Below are positions 1 to 8,176 of a stretch of 64,000 bases of DNA, piece by piece; positions within the stretch are counted from its first letter, which is position 1, and each line of letters starts with the position of its first letter. A program made the translations under genes and the position numbers. The notes below the pieces were generated by a model. The model had not been told where the DNA came from. It searched no databases and saw only the letters and a program-made list of their open reading frames with translations. The stretch comes from a virus, in IMG/VR virus record IMGVR_UViG_3300030061_003198; one strand, 5' to 3'.

Positions 1-143
1 TGATCTAATTTCTTTTTTGCTTTCTGCATATTCAAGCCGTCATCATATTTTACTGCGATCATTAATTCCGTCGCCCAATAATCAATTTTCTCCTGATAAC
101 CATTTGTATAATTCCTTTTATAAAATGTACTTGCTCTTGTCAT
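1..143 (-). CDS. Hypothetical early protein (partial, runs off the window start)
   Basis: ATG at 143 just downstream of promoter 162-190; open frame MTRASTFYKRNYTNGYQEKIDYWATELMIAVKYDDG... Confidence 0.6.
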   Translation of the reverse strand, partial: MTRASTFYKRNYTNGYQEKIDYWATELMIAVKYDDGLNMQKAKKKLD

Positions 144-161
144 ATCTTTTTATTTTTCTAT

Positions 162-190
162 ATAATAAGAAGAATACTCCAAGAATCCAA
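162..190 (-). promoter_or_regulatory. Phage promoter TTGGAT-N17-TATTAT
   Basis: Recurrent motif with exact 17-nt spacer, short A-rich leader to ATG. Confidence 0.75.
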
Positions 191-244
191 CCTTTTTCTA
201 AAAAAACTTTACGCTGTATAGCTAGGAAACCTTATATAACGCAT

Positions 245-550
245 CTAAAAGCACATATTAGTCTAAAAGTAAATGTATATTATTCTAAAAATAAACGCAT
301 ATTGGACTAAAAATAAATGGGTATTGGACTAAAAGTAGCCACCATTCTAAAAGTATACTGGTATCGGACTAAAAATAAATGGGTATTGGACTAAAAATAA
401 ATGGGTATTGGACTAAAAGTAGCCACCATTCTAAAAGTATACTGGTATCGGACTAAAAGTAAATGGCATATTGGACTAAAAATAAATGGGTATTGGACTA
501 AAAATACTTCTAAAAATAAGCACGTATATTGGACTAAAAATAACTACTGG
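245..550. repeat. Tandem ~22-bp repeat array (TATTGGACTAAAA[A/G]TA...), iteron-like
   Basis: 14 CTAAAA[A/G]TA cores at 263,285,307,329,347,369,391,413,431,453,476,498,510,534; 300-374 is repeated exactly at 384-458. Confidence 0.9.
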
Positions 551-788
551 TCTTCTCCCCCATCTTCTAGGAGATATAGAAGGTATGCCCTATAAAAACT
601 TTGCTACGCGCCTGAAAGGAAGGTTTACTTTCTTGTCTAGCCTACCTACACACTCCATACCTTGATTACCCTAGTACCGTGAATTCTACTTGTACGGCAC
701 TTTTCATCTACCTTCAATATGGTTCCCAGGAGTACTACATACCATATGATTTCTACACCCGGTAGTACTTGATATGCATAATATACCA

Positions 789-808
789 ATATTAGTCTAA
801 AAGTAAAT
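789..808. repeat. Outlying 20-bp direct repeat of 255-274
   Basis: ATATTAGTCTAAAAGTAAAT identical at 255-274 and 789-808. Confidence 0.85.
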
Positions 809-995
809 CCGGATCAAATGTCTTAAGATAGTCATTGTACTTCAAATATAACTCTCTATGGGTTTCATTCACGACACCATATATAATAGCTTGTTTACAT
901 ATGCTTTGTCTCACTTCTAATACTCTATTCTCTACATATGCTATATGCTTCTTATACTTTAAATACTCTTTCAATATATATAGTCTTTTTTTCAT
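792..995 (-). CDS. Hypothetical protein
   Basis: 67-aa ORF on the coding strand. Confidence 0.5.
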   Translation of the reverse strand: MKKRLYILKEYLKYKKHIAYVENRVLEVRQSICKQAIIYGVVNETHRELYLKYNDYLKTFDPDLLLD

Positions 996-1117
996 CTTAA
1001 ACCGTCTGCTGAATTATTTTTTATTGCTATCCGGATCTTTTCTTCTTCTATCCATTTGCTATAGGCAAAAGCCTTTTTAATTAATTTTATAATTTTTTTC
1101 ATATTTCAATGTCTTTT

Positions 1118-1148
1118 ATAAAAAGGGGAAACATTGCAATTTCCCCTT
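1118..1148 (-). terminator. Intrinsic terminator
   Basis: AAGGGGAAA/TTTCCCCTT stem followed by T-run on the minus strand. Confidence 0.7.
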
Positions 1149-1347
1149 CTTAATTATTAATCTTAACTAAATGAACGCTATCTCAAGGACGACTAATCTG
1201 CGCCTGGCGACACAACCTCAACGTCTTGCGTTTATCCTCATACACTCTTGCAAATTTAATTGCTGCTAAGATATTTCCATATGGCTATCAAACCATTTCT
1301 CATCATTCTATGGACTGAACTAGCCTTTGATTAAAAGGCACGTGTCT

Positions 1348-1629
1348 TCATTTTACCCAATCTTGATATGCCATTTCAAAAGCTTCAACATAACCGTATC
1401 CTTCTTTCACATACTTTGCTGCTGTCTCTTTGACTTCCCATTCTAAACCATAAGCTGATGCTTCTTTTAAAATAAGAGTTGCATGTTCATAGTCACCTGG
1501 TGAAGGTTGTCCGGATCCTACTTCATCTGTGCCATATGCCGTTGGTGATGGTAGTCCGGAGTAATGACAATGCTCATCCGTCTTCTTTTTCTTGTCCATC
1601 CAATCCCATTCTCTTCCCGAATTTATCAT
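1348..1629 (-). CDS. Hypothetical phage protein
   Basis: 93-aa ORF; CHYSGLPSP and A(Y)GLEWEV motifs; ATGA overlap with upstream ORF. Confidence 0.65.
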   Translation of the reverse strand: MINSGREWDWMDKKKKTDEHCHYSGLPSPTAYGTDEVGSGQPSPGDYEHATLILKEASAYGLEWEVKETAAKYVKEGYGYVEAFEMAYQDWVK

Positions 1630-1808
1630 ACTCCGTAAGCTTTATTTGGTCCATAAAGATCTTCCATATCCTTAATTATCTTTAATTGCTCATCCTCAAT
1701 ATAATCGGATAACTGTTCTACCAACCAATCAAAGTCATCATGATTCTTGGTAGCTAGCAATCTAAATGATATTTCTTCTGCCAATTTAATTATTGTTTTA
1801 TCACTCAT
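1626..1808 (-). CDS. Hypothetical protein
   Basis: 60-aa acidic ORF coupled to neighbours. Confidence 0.55.
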   Translation of the reverse strand: MSDKTIIKLAEEISFRLLATKNHDDFDWLVEQLSDYIEDEQLKIIKDMEDLYGPNKAYGV

Positions 1809-2127
1809 AATTCATCTTTAAGTATTGTTGCAACGGCAAATATCATGATAAACATTATCATTACACTTTGCATTATAATTGGGTCATCCATACTCAATGT
1901 TATTTGGATTGTTTTGTTACTATGAATGCAACTATTGCTACTACTATAAACCAACATACTAAAATATTTACTGGTGTTACTGGTACTGACATTTATTTCC
2001 TTTTTATGTTATATGTCTCGTAGAGACGTACTAACGTACTATAAATTTTAATAAAACTATTCTTGCTATTCTTCTTGCTAACCGGTTCCTTCGTATCCTG
2101 AAGTAACGTTTAATTATTGAATCTATA

Positions 2128-2400
2128 TTATTCATTTGTTGTGTCTATTTTTTCTGATTCTAGTATGTACCATTCCAAGCTATCTATTTTATCATATAGC
2201 TGAGACGTTTCCTGTTCTAATTTTAATACTTCATCAAAGACGTGATAATATTCTTCGACTAAATCAAAATGTTCATCTACCATTTCTGCTGCTTTATTCT
2301 TTTGATGGTTCGAATGCATTAAGATTACTCCACAAAGTATCATTAATGTGATAGATATAATTCTATATGTTCTAATTGATGATTTCATTATAGGCTCCAT
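2128..2400 (-). CDS. Hypothetical membrane-anchored coiled-coil protein
   Basis: N-terminal hydrophobic helix then acidic heptads. Confidence 0.55.
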   Translation of the reverse strand: MEPIMKSSIRTYRIISITLMILCGVILMHSNHQKNKAAEMVDEHFDLVEEYYHVFDEVLKLEQETSQLYDKIDSLEWYILESEKIDTTNE

Positions 2401-2606
2401 GTTGGATTATCTCGTACAATTCTGTCAGTTGTACTAGTACCGCTAGATTTTAAATATAATTCATTAATATCATTTTCATCTAATATTATAACATCATGAT
2501 ACTGCTGGTGCCAGTATTTTCGTTTTTTATCTACCTCTTCTTTGGTTTTAAATTCTTCGATTTGTAAATTTAAATCACCTTGTAATCTATGTATTAGATA
2601 TTTCAT
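2388..2606 (-). CDS. Hypothetical protein
   Basis: 72-aa ORF in early operon. Confidence 0.55.
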   Translation of the reverse strand: MKYLIHRLQGDLNLQIEEFKTKEEVDKKRKYWHQQYHDVIILDENDINELYLKSSGTSTTDRIVRDNPTWSL

Positions 2607-2753
2607 TGGCTTGACTCTTTATTATTTTTATGCTTGTTTTTACGTGTATACTTTTTTTTATTTTTTTGTACTGAAGGACGCATAGCATCATATATTTCCT
2701 TCATGGTAACTTTAATTGATTTCATAATGATATATATATCACAGTTTTACTAA

Positions 2754-3041
2754 TCAATCAGACTTTTTTAATTTAATAGTCAAATCTCTCATTTGTGCTG
2801 CAGTCTCATAGTCTTCTGACTCAGCGGCTCTACGTTCTATTTCTGATAGCATTGCTTCTGCATCTCCATCAAACACTTCCATTAATACACGTCTAAACTT
2901 GTCTACTGTCTCTGCTTGACTTACAGACTGATATTCTTCTTTATTATCCATTTTTATTTTTTTAATTTTATTATATAACTCTACGTTAAAGTTATCCCAA
3001 TACATTTCATTAATCATAATCATAAACCGTTTTATATTCAA
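2754..3041 (-). CDS. UVR (UvrB/UvrC/ClpC-M) motif protein; true start may be 3023 or 2951
   Basis: C-terminal AAESEDYETAAQMRD matches the A..E.YE.AA..RD helical-hairpin motif. Confidence 0.65.
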   Translation of the reverse strand: MNIKRFMIMINEMYWDNFNVELYNKIKKIKMDNKEEYQSVSQAETVDKFRRVLMEVFDGDAEAMLSEIERRAAESEDYETAAQMRDLTIKLKKSD

Positions 3042-3243
3042 CGTCTATGTCGATATACTCTAACTCATCTAAAGCTTTTTGTAATTGATCTTTCAATTGT
3101 GTAACCATATCATTTAATGATGTTTTCCTTACACAATTATCTATCTCATATTTTTCTTCCCGGAGGCCTTCTAGGATATCTGCTACCTCTTTTAGTTCGG
3201 GTACGCAATCCCACCCGTCTGTGTTTGTTTTTATTGTTCTCAT
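3010..3243 (-). CDS. Hypothetical protein
   Basis: 77-aa acidic ORF, ATGA overlap. Confidence 0.6.
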   Translation of the reverse strand: MRTIKTNTDGWDCVPELKEVADILEGLREEKYEIDNCVRKTSLNDMVTQLKDQLQKALDELEYIDIDVEYKTVYDYD

Positions 3244-3476
3244 ATTTCTGAAGTTAAAAGGTAATTTTTAGAGTCTGAACGGTCATTTGTTAAAGGATCT
3301 ACTTTGCCTGTATATAAATCATATGCCATCCTTTTATTCAACCAAAACTTAAGGGTTGAAAAGGCTTCTTGTATTCGTTCGTGTGAATAATTTATTGGAG
3401 CACTATGAAGTGCATTATTCAATTCATTTTGTGCATCTAAGAGACGCTCTTGTATTAATTTACCACTTTCTTTCAT
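3240..3476 (-). CDS. Hypothetical protein
   Basis: First ORF after promoter 3493-3521. Confidence 0.6.
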   Translation of the reverse strand: MKESGKLIQERLLDAQNELNNALHSAPINYSHERIQEAFSTLKFWLNKRMAYDLYTGKVDPLTNDRSDSKNYLLTSEI

Positions 3477-3492
3477 ATCTTTATTTTTATAT

Positions 3493-3521
3493 ATAATAAG
3501 GAATTAATTTCAATAATCCAA
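3493..3521 (-). promoter_or_regulatory. Phage promoter TTGGAT-N17-TATTAT
   Basis: Recurrent motif. Confidence 0.75.
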
Positions 3522-3528
3522 GTTTTTA

Positions 3529-4845
3529 TTATACATTTCTTCCATTTTCATAAACATGTTTTACGGTTGGGAATCTTAAGCTCATTCCGCCTTCTTGATT
3601 CATTGTCTCTTCAAAGTATTGAACGGTAATTGTTTTACCTAACAATTGTTCTGGATTTGCTTGGTACCGTATTCTTTGTTCTTGATTCCATCCGGATCCA
3701 ACTGCAACTTTGTAACCTTTATGTTCGATCCATACATTAGCTAACATTGGTATTACAACTTCTTTACCTTCTCTAATTACACGAAGGTCATTAAATTCTA
3801 TGTCTAACACTTCATATTCTGCATCAAAGAATTTTTTACATTTCAATAAGTTTTTAGATCTCTTGCCTTCGTATGGACTATCTTTTCTTAGCATAACGCC
3901 TTCATGTCCTAGATATTCAGCATTGCTAATCATATCTGATAATTGTTGATCGGTATCAATTGGATATTGTTCTAATACACTCAATGTTTTTGTGTCGCCG
4001 AGTATTCCATCGTATGATGGTAATCTTTGTAGCCTTTCTGATAAATTGATATGTCCTTCTTTTGAATCAAATTCTTCAATTGACATACAATCAAATATAA
4101 TGTACTTTGGATTCTCTATAGTATGATCTTTTCTTTTAATTTGTTTCATGATGCCTTGGAAGTTTTCATTTCCATAGTTATCCATAAGACAAATTTCCCC
4201 GTCTAATACAAAATCGCCAGACATATTTGTTATATCAAAACTTATTTCATCACCGATATATTTAACATCATCTAATACTTTCTGTAAGGTTGTAAACTCA
4301 TTTCCTTGCCTAGAATAAGCAGTTATCTTTTTGCCTTCTTTTCGGATAATACATCTCACTCCATCTAATTTCCTAGATGCATACCATTTTTCTGTTTCGA
4401 AATCACAGAACCTAGGCTCATACTTAGTTGCTAATGCAACATCGAATGTTGGAATTAAATTTGGTATAACTTTATTGATAACCGAATCGGATGCTCTAAT
4501 CTCTAAGTTTCTATCTATAATAGAAAAAATTAAATCTTCATATTGTTTATTCTCTAAAATAAATCTATTCACATTTGCGATTGCATCATGACCTGTACAA
4601 ACTCGGTTTACCAAATCATCTAATAAAGTAAAGATACTACCATATGTATTTGAATGACCTAGCAAATCTTTATTCTTTTTACATGTTTTGCTGGTTACAT
4701 AATACTTTTTGTAAGGATCATATGTATAATTTAATGACGATGTAATGAACTCATCATTCTTTATTGAATCTATAATAACTTTTTTTTCAATGAGTGATGA
4801 AGTGGATTTCATTTCATCAACAAATTTTTGTAATCTCTCTAGCAT
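3529..4845 (-). CDS. lig: ATP-dependent DNA ligase
   Basis: Motif I KLDGVR, LDGEI, EGVMLRK, LLKCK, OB-fold end SLRFPT. Confidence 0.95.
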   Translation of the reverse strand: MLERLQKFVDEMKSTSSLIEKKVIIDSIKNDEFITSSLNYTYDPYKKYYVTSKTCKKNKDLLGHSNTYGSIFTLLDDLVNRVCTGHDAIANVNRFILENKQYEDLIFSIIDRNLEIRASDSVINKVIPNLIPTFDVALATKYEPRFCDFETEKWYASRKLDGVRCIIRKEGKKITAYSRQGNEFTTLQKVLDDVKYIGDEISFDITNMSGDFVLDGEICLMDNYGNENFQGIMKQIKRKDHTIENPKYIIFDCMSIEEFDSKEGHINLSERLQRLPSYDGILGDTKTLSVLEQYPIDTDQQLSDMISNAEYLGHEGVMLRKDSPYEGKRSKNLLKCKKFFDAEYEVLDIEFNDLRVIREGKEVVIPMLANVWIEHKGYKVAVGSGWNQEQRIRYQANPEQLLGKTITVQYFEETMNQEGGMSLRFPTVKHVYENGRNV

Positions 4846-4848
4846 ATC

Positions 4849-5040
4849 TTAAATATTATAATGTGATAATTTTTCTTTTAACCGTTTCATATGTTTACAT
4901 GGAGTATATGGACTAAACTCTCTAGCTTTACATTCGCAATCAGATATCTTATGATCTGTCACTGTAACGTTATAGTATGACAACTTGCCGGTCTTTTTAT
5001 TACGGCTGCCCATCTCTCTAAATTTCCAACTTTGGCTCAT
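4849..5040 (-). CDS. SWIM zinc-finger protein
   Basis: CxC...CxH (CECK...PCKH). Confidence 0.75.
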   Translation of the reverse strand: MSQSWKFREMGSRNKKTGKLSYYNVTVTDHKISDCECKAREFSPYTPCKHMKRLKEKLSHYNI

Positions 5041-5056
5041 GATTTATTTTTTCTAT

Positions 5057-5085
5057 ATAATAAGAAAACAATTTCATTTATCCAA
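5057..5085 (-). promoter_or_regulatory. Phage promoter TTGGAT-N17-TATTAT
   Basis: Recurrent motif; near-identical to 5968-5996. Confidence 0.75.
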
Positions 5086-5367
5086 GTTATTTGTATAGTA
5101 ATTTATTTCTCTAGTAATATTCCATTTGCCTCCAGCTAGACACTTAAAGTGTCTCCACTCTCTTCGAACAGTGTTTCCATTTCGTGTTTGGGTAGTAAAA
5201 GACCACCAATCAACATCAACTACATGATATATACCATTACGATTATGAAGATGTACATTATCTCCTAGGTAACAAGGTTTTAGTTTTTTTTGATGTACAT
5301 ACTGGGTATCGCCATATTCTCTAATAGCATAATACCATTTACTAGGTACCAATTTAGATATATTCAT
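5074..5367 (-). CDS. Hypothetical protein
   Basis: 97-aa ORF; last codons overlap the next promoter. Confidence 0.6.
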   Translation of the reverse strand: MNISKLVPSKWYYAIREYGDTQYVHQKKLKPCYLGDNVHLHNRNGIYHVVDVDWWSFTTQTRNGNTVRREWRHFKCLAGGKWNITREINYYTNNLDK

Positions 5368-5374
5368 CTTTGTT

Positions 5375-5560
5375 TCAAGCTATTTGTGAAGCATACCAAT
5401 TGGCGCATATATCGTCAAATTCATCATTAGTTAATATAATGCCTTGTCCAAGGCCTTGGGCTGCTTCATCTAATAGATCCCTAGCGTCGTTTATATCTTC
5501 TACATCATATACTTCAACTGGAGTTGTGTATTCCGGGTTATGTTTAATTATTACTTTCAT
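5375..5560 (-). CDS. Hypothetical protein
   Basis: 61-aa acidic ORF. Confidence 0.55.
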   Translation of the reverse strand: MKVIIKHNPEYTTPVEVYDVEDINDARDLLDEAAQGLGQGIILTNDEFDDICANWYASQIA

Positions 5561-5696
5561 CGTTATATATTAGTTTTAATCTTTCTGGTAATACTACTGT
5601 CATATTGCAATCATCACAACAGCTTCCTTCTTCGGCTACTGGGTACGGATTGTTCCCATATCCATATACTGGATCATTACAAATTACACATTCCAT
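5544..5696 (-). CDS. Small Zn-finger protein (50 aa, below ORF-track cutoff)
   Basis: MECVICNDPVYGYGNNPYPVAEEGSCCDDCN...: CxxC...CxxC. Confidence 0.7.
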   Translation of the reverse strand: MECVICNDPVYGYGNNPYPVAEEGSCCDDCNMTVVLPERLKLIYNDESNN

Positions 5697-5953
5697 CCTG
5701 TAAGTGTTTTTGTGCATTCGTTATTGAAATCTTCGAAGTCATCTCCTGCTTGGACTTTATTACCAGATCTTAATTCTGCTATTGCTCCCCACAAGTATCC
5801 AGCTTCACGATGATAATTTACATCTTCAAACGAATGATATAGTTCTTTTAAATCTTCGATAGGCCAATTAATATTAGCCTCCATACCTTTTTGTAACATT
5901 CCATCATAGTCAAAATCTGATGACCATGAGTCTCCTAATTGATATTCTTTCAT
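5684..5953 (-). CDS. Hypothetical phage protein
   Basis: WSSDFDYDGML...FEDVNYH; first ORF after promoter. Confidence 0.65.
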   Translation of the reverse strand: MKEYQLGDSWSSDFDYDGMLQKGMEANINWPIEDLKELYHSFEDVNYHREAGYLWGAIAELRSGNKVQAGDDFEDFNNECTKTLTGWNV

Positions 5954-5967
5954 AACTCTTTTTCTTT

Positions 5968-5996
5968 ATAATAAGAAAACTATTTCATTTATCCAA
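5968..5996 (-). promoter_or_regulatory. Phage promoter TTGGAT-N17-TATTAT
   Basis: Recurrent motif. Confidence 0.75.
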
Positions 5997-6140
5997 GTAT
6001 TCTTGCCAAAGCTTTTCTTTATCTGTTTTACTTAACTTATTAAATTTTTTATCTATAAATGAAGCAAATCCAATTGATTCTCTTTTTATTTGAACTGTAT
6101 GCAATAATTCTAATGCATACACAACATCCTTTTCACTCAT
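5985..6140 (-). CDS. Hypothetical protein (51 aa)
   Basis: MSEKDVVYALELL...WQEYLDK; ATGA coupling with upstream ORF. Confidence 0.55.
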   Translation of the reverse strand: MSEKDVVYALELLHTVQIKRESIGFASFIDKKFNKLSKTDKEKLWQEYLDK

Positions 6141-6307
6141 CTTTGTTCTAATTGGTTTTCATTAAATATATGTAACATCATATTATTATCCATTTCTCCA
6201 ACTATACGCACTTCTCCTGCTAGAGTTTCAAATATTGATACAATAGTACATGGAAATTTATACCCTTTTGGCTTGTATGCCTTGTCGCCTACTTTAAATT
6301 TACTCAT
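6137..6307 (-). CDS. Small SH3-like protein, DfrB/R67-like pattern (56 aa)
   Basis: MSNLKVGDKAYKPKGYKFPCTIVSIFETLAGEVRIVGEMDNNMMLHIFNENQLEQR. Confidence 0.5.
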   Translation of the reverse strand: MSKFKVGDKAYKPKGYKFPCTIVSIFETLAGEVRIVGEMDNNMMLHIFNENQLEQR

Positions 6308-6318
6308 TCCTTTATCCT

Positions 6319-6699
6319 TTATTGTTTTGTTGTGTTAGTTAAATCATCATTAATTGATAATAAACAATGATTGGGTTCGATCCAATCTAATATTATTCGT
6401 AGGCCATTTCCCACCTTTGTTAATGTTTTTAATACTTGATTCTTCCCTAGTACAGATGATATAGTTTCTTGTTTATTCCCGAATTTATATCCGCCTGACT
6501 TAATTAATATATCATTAAATAATTCAGAAGCTTCTACATTAGCAAATACATCGATTGATCTTGCTGTCCTACAAGCCCAAACGGTGATCATTCGTTTCTT
6601 ACCGGTTAATAGATATTTCAGTAACATATAAATAATTACAACTGGAAGTAGTATAATCAATAATATAAATGCAATCAATAATAATAGTATCTCTGTCAT
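6319..6699 (-). CDS. Membrane-anchored phage hypothetical protein
   Basis: N-terminal TM; SID..ANV...FGN..ETISSVLGK...HC pattern. Confidence 0.7.
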   Translation of the reverse strand: MTEILLLLIAFILLIILLPVVIIYMLLKYLLTGKKRMITVWACRTARSIDVFANVEASELFNDILIKSGGYKFGNKQETISSVLGKNQVLKTLTKVGNGLRIILDWIEPNHCLLSINDDLTNTTKQ

Positions 6700-7202
6700 A
6701 TCTCGTATATAGTTTTATAGTTTCTACAATGCCCGTTCTCATCGTCTAATCCATATCCTATTACCCATTCATCTGCAATTTCAATGACATTATAATGATT
6801 ACTAATAACAGGTGAGTCGTTACGTTTTAATAATGTAACTATAGATATCTCAGATGGGTTTTTAACTTGTAAATATCTTATAACAGCTTGTACTGTATTA
6901 CCCGTGTCATATATGTCATCTACAATATATACATGTTTACCTTTAATAGATGTTTCTAAGTCTTTTGTTATTTCAACATCGCCTTGTTTCTTTTTCCCAA
7001 TATATGATTTTACTCTCATGAAATCACATTCCATATCAAATGTAATATTTTTTATAAAGTCAGAATAAAACATAAAACATCCATTTAACAGTCCAACAAA
7101 GACTACTGGAGTCTTGTCGCCTCGATGTTTATCGTTAATTTGTTTAGCTACAATCTTACTTTGTATATCTATTTCTTTTTCTGTTATTAACTGTTTCATC
7201 AT
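6696..7202 (-). CDS. hpt: Hypoxanthine-guanine phosphoribosyltransferase
   Basis: GLLNGCFMF, VKSY, PRPP-binding IVDDIYDTGNT, VIGYGLD. Confidence 0.92.
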   Translation of the reverse strand: MMKQLITEKEIDIQSKIVAKQINDKHRGDKTPVVFVGLLNGCFMFYSDFIKNITFDMECDFMRVKSYIGKKKQGDVEITKDLETSIKGKHVYIVDDIYDTGNTVQAVIRYLQVKNPSEISIVTLLKRNDSPVISNHYNVIEIADEWVIGYGLDDENGHCRNYKTIYEI

Positions 7203-7456
7203 TCTCCGTATAAATTAAACTTCTTTGGTTTGGGTTGTTCTACTTGTCGTTCTTCATATCTAATAGCATATAATTTACTATCCAATGGAGCTAATCTAAA
7301 CTCTACCTTTTCACCAGCCATACTAAACCAAGCTTCTAATGCATCAGTTAAACTTGGATGTACTGTGTCAGCTGAATCATCTACTAGGATCCAATTATCA
7401 CCTGGTGGTACTCTCCTAGCTATCAATTCATTACGTTCTATTTGTTCTGTCTTCAT
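7199..7456 (-). CDS. Hypothetical phage protein
   Basis: IARRVPPGDNW...LTDALEAWF; first ORF after promoter. Confidence 0.7.
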   Translation of the reverse strand: MKTEQIERNELIARRVPPGDNWILVDDSADTVHPSLTDALEAWFSMAGEKVEFRLAPLDSKLYAIRYEERQVEQPKPKKFNLYGE

Positions 7457-7461
7457 AATTT

Positions 7462-7490
7462 ATTATAATTATTTTTTTGGAATTTCCCAA
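7462..7490 (-). promoter_or_regulatory. Phage promoter TTGGGA-N17-TATAAT
   Basis: Variant of recurrent motif. Confidence 0.6.
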
Positions 7491-7627
7491 ACCGTTTTGC
7501 GTTTTTTTCTTTGTCTTAAATCTAAGATCCAATTGTGCGAAAGGTACATTAATGTTAATGCACCTATACACGCTAATCCAATAAATAATGACCAACCTAT
7601 AACTTGTAATAATGTTACTTCTTCCAT
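7469..7627 (-). CDS. Small membrane protein (52 aa)
   Basis: MEEVTLLQVIGWSFIGLACIGALTLMYL... one TM plus basic tail. Confidence 0.55.
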   Translation of the reverse strand: MEEVTLLQVIGWSLFIGLACIGALTLMYLSHNWILDLRQRKKRKTVWEIPKK

Positions 7628-8170
7628 TTATAATTCTACCTTCGTTGCATACTTTAATAACATTTCAGTATTGGTTCTTGTGTAACTTTTTTTGCGTTTT
7701 CCTTTGCCTTCTAGTTCCATGTCACGATAAAACATTACGTCATATGTATTACAATATTTATCATGATTTAATGCTACATGGTCATAAAATATTTTAGAGT
7801 CTATAACATAAATAGCGTTCTTAGCTGGATGATGAAATGATATTGTATCGCATTTGCCTCGCTTATTCTCACCTAATCGTTTTGCTATTGCAGTTGTCTT
7901 AGTACCCGTAATGACTAATTTCTTATGTTCATTTTTAATACCATTAGTAAATAAATGATCATATCCATCTGCATCTACTACTTCGCCTTTACATCCAAAA
8001 TGGGTTTCTAGATAAGGAAGTACTACTTGCTCTGATATTCTTCCTGCGTTAACAGACATTGCTTTGCCTGACTTTAGGAATAATCTAATCATTTCGTCTG
8101 TTATATGATTACTAACATATACTGGGAGAGTAATGACTCTCCCATCTTTTTGTTCTCTTTTTGTTACCAT
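7628..8170 (-). CDS. Hypothetical protein, possible PD-(D/E)xK nuclease
   Basis: E...DGYD...NEHKK spacing resembles restriction-endonuclease-fold catalytic motif. Confidence 0.4.
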   Translation of the reverse strand: MVTKREQKDGRVITLPVYVSNHITDEMIRLFLKSGKAMSVNAGRISEQVVLPYLETHFGCKGEVVDADGYDHLFTNGIKNEHKKLVITGTKTTAIAKRLGENKRGKCDTISFHHPAKNAIYVIDSKIFYDHVALNHDKYCNTYDVMFYRDMELEGKGKRKKSYTRTNTEMLLKYATKVEL

Positions 8171-8176
8171 TTTATT

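Noticed and set aside
245-550. CRISPR array
   Set aside because: Units are about 22 bp in total with only ~9 variable bases, which themselves repeat; no unique 30-40 bp spacers and no cas operon.
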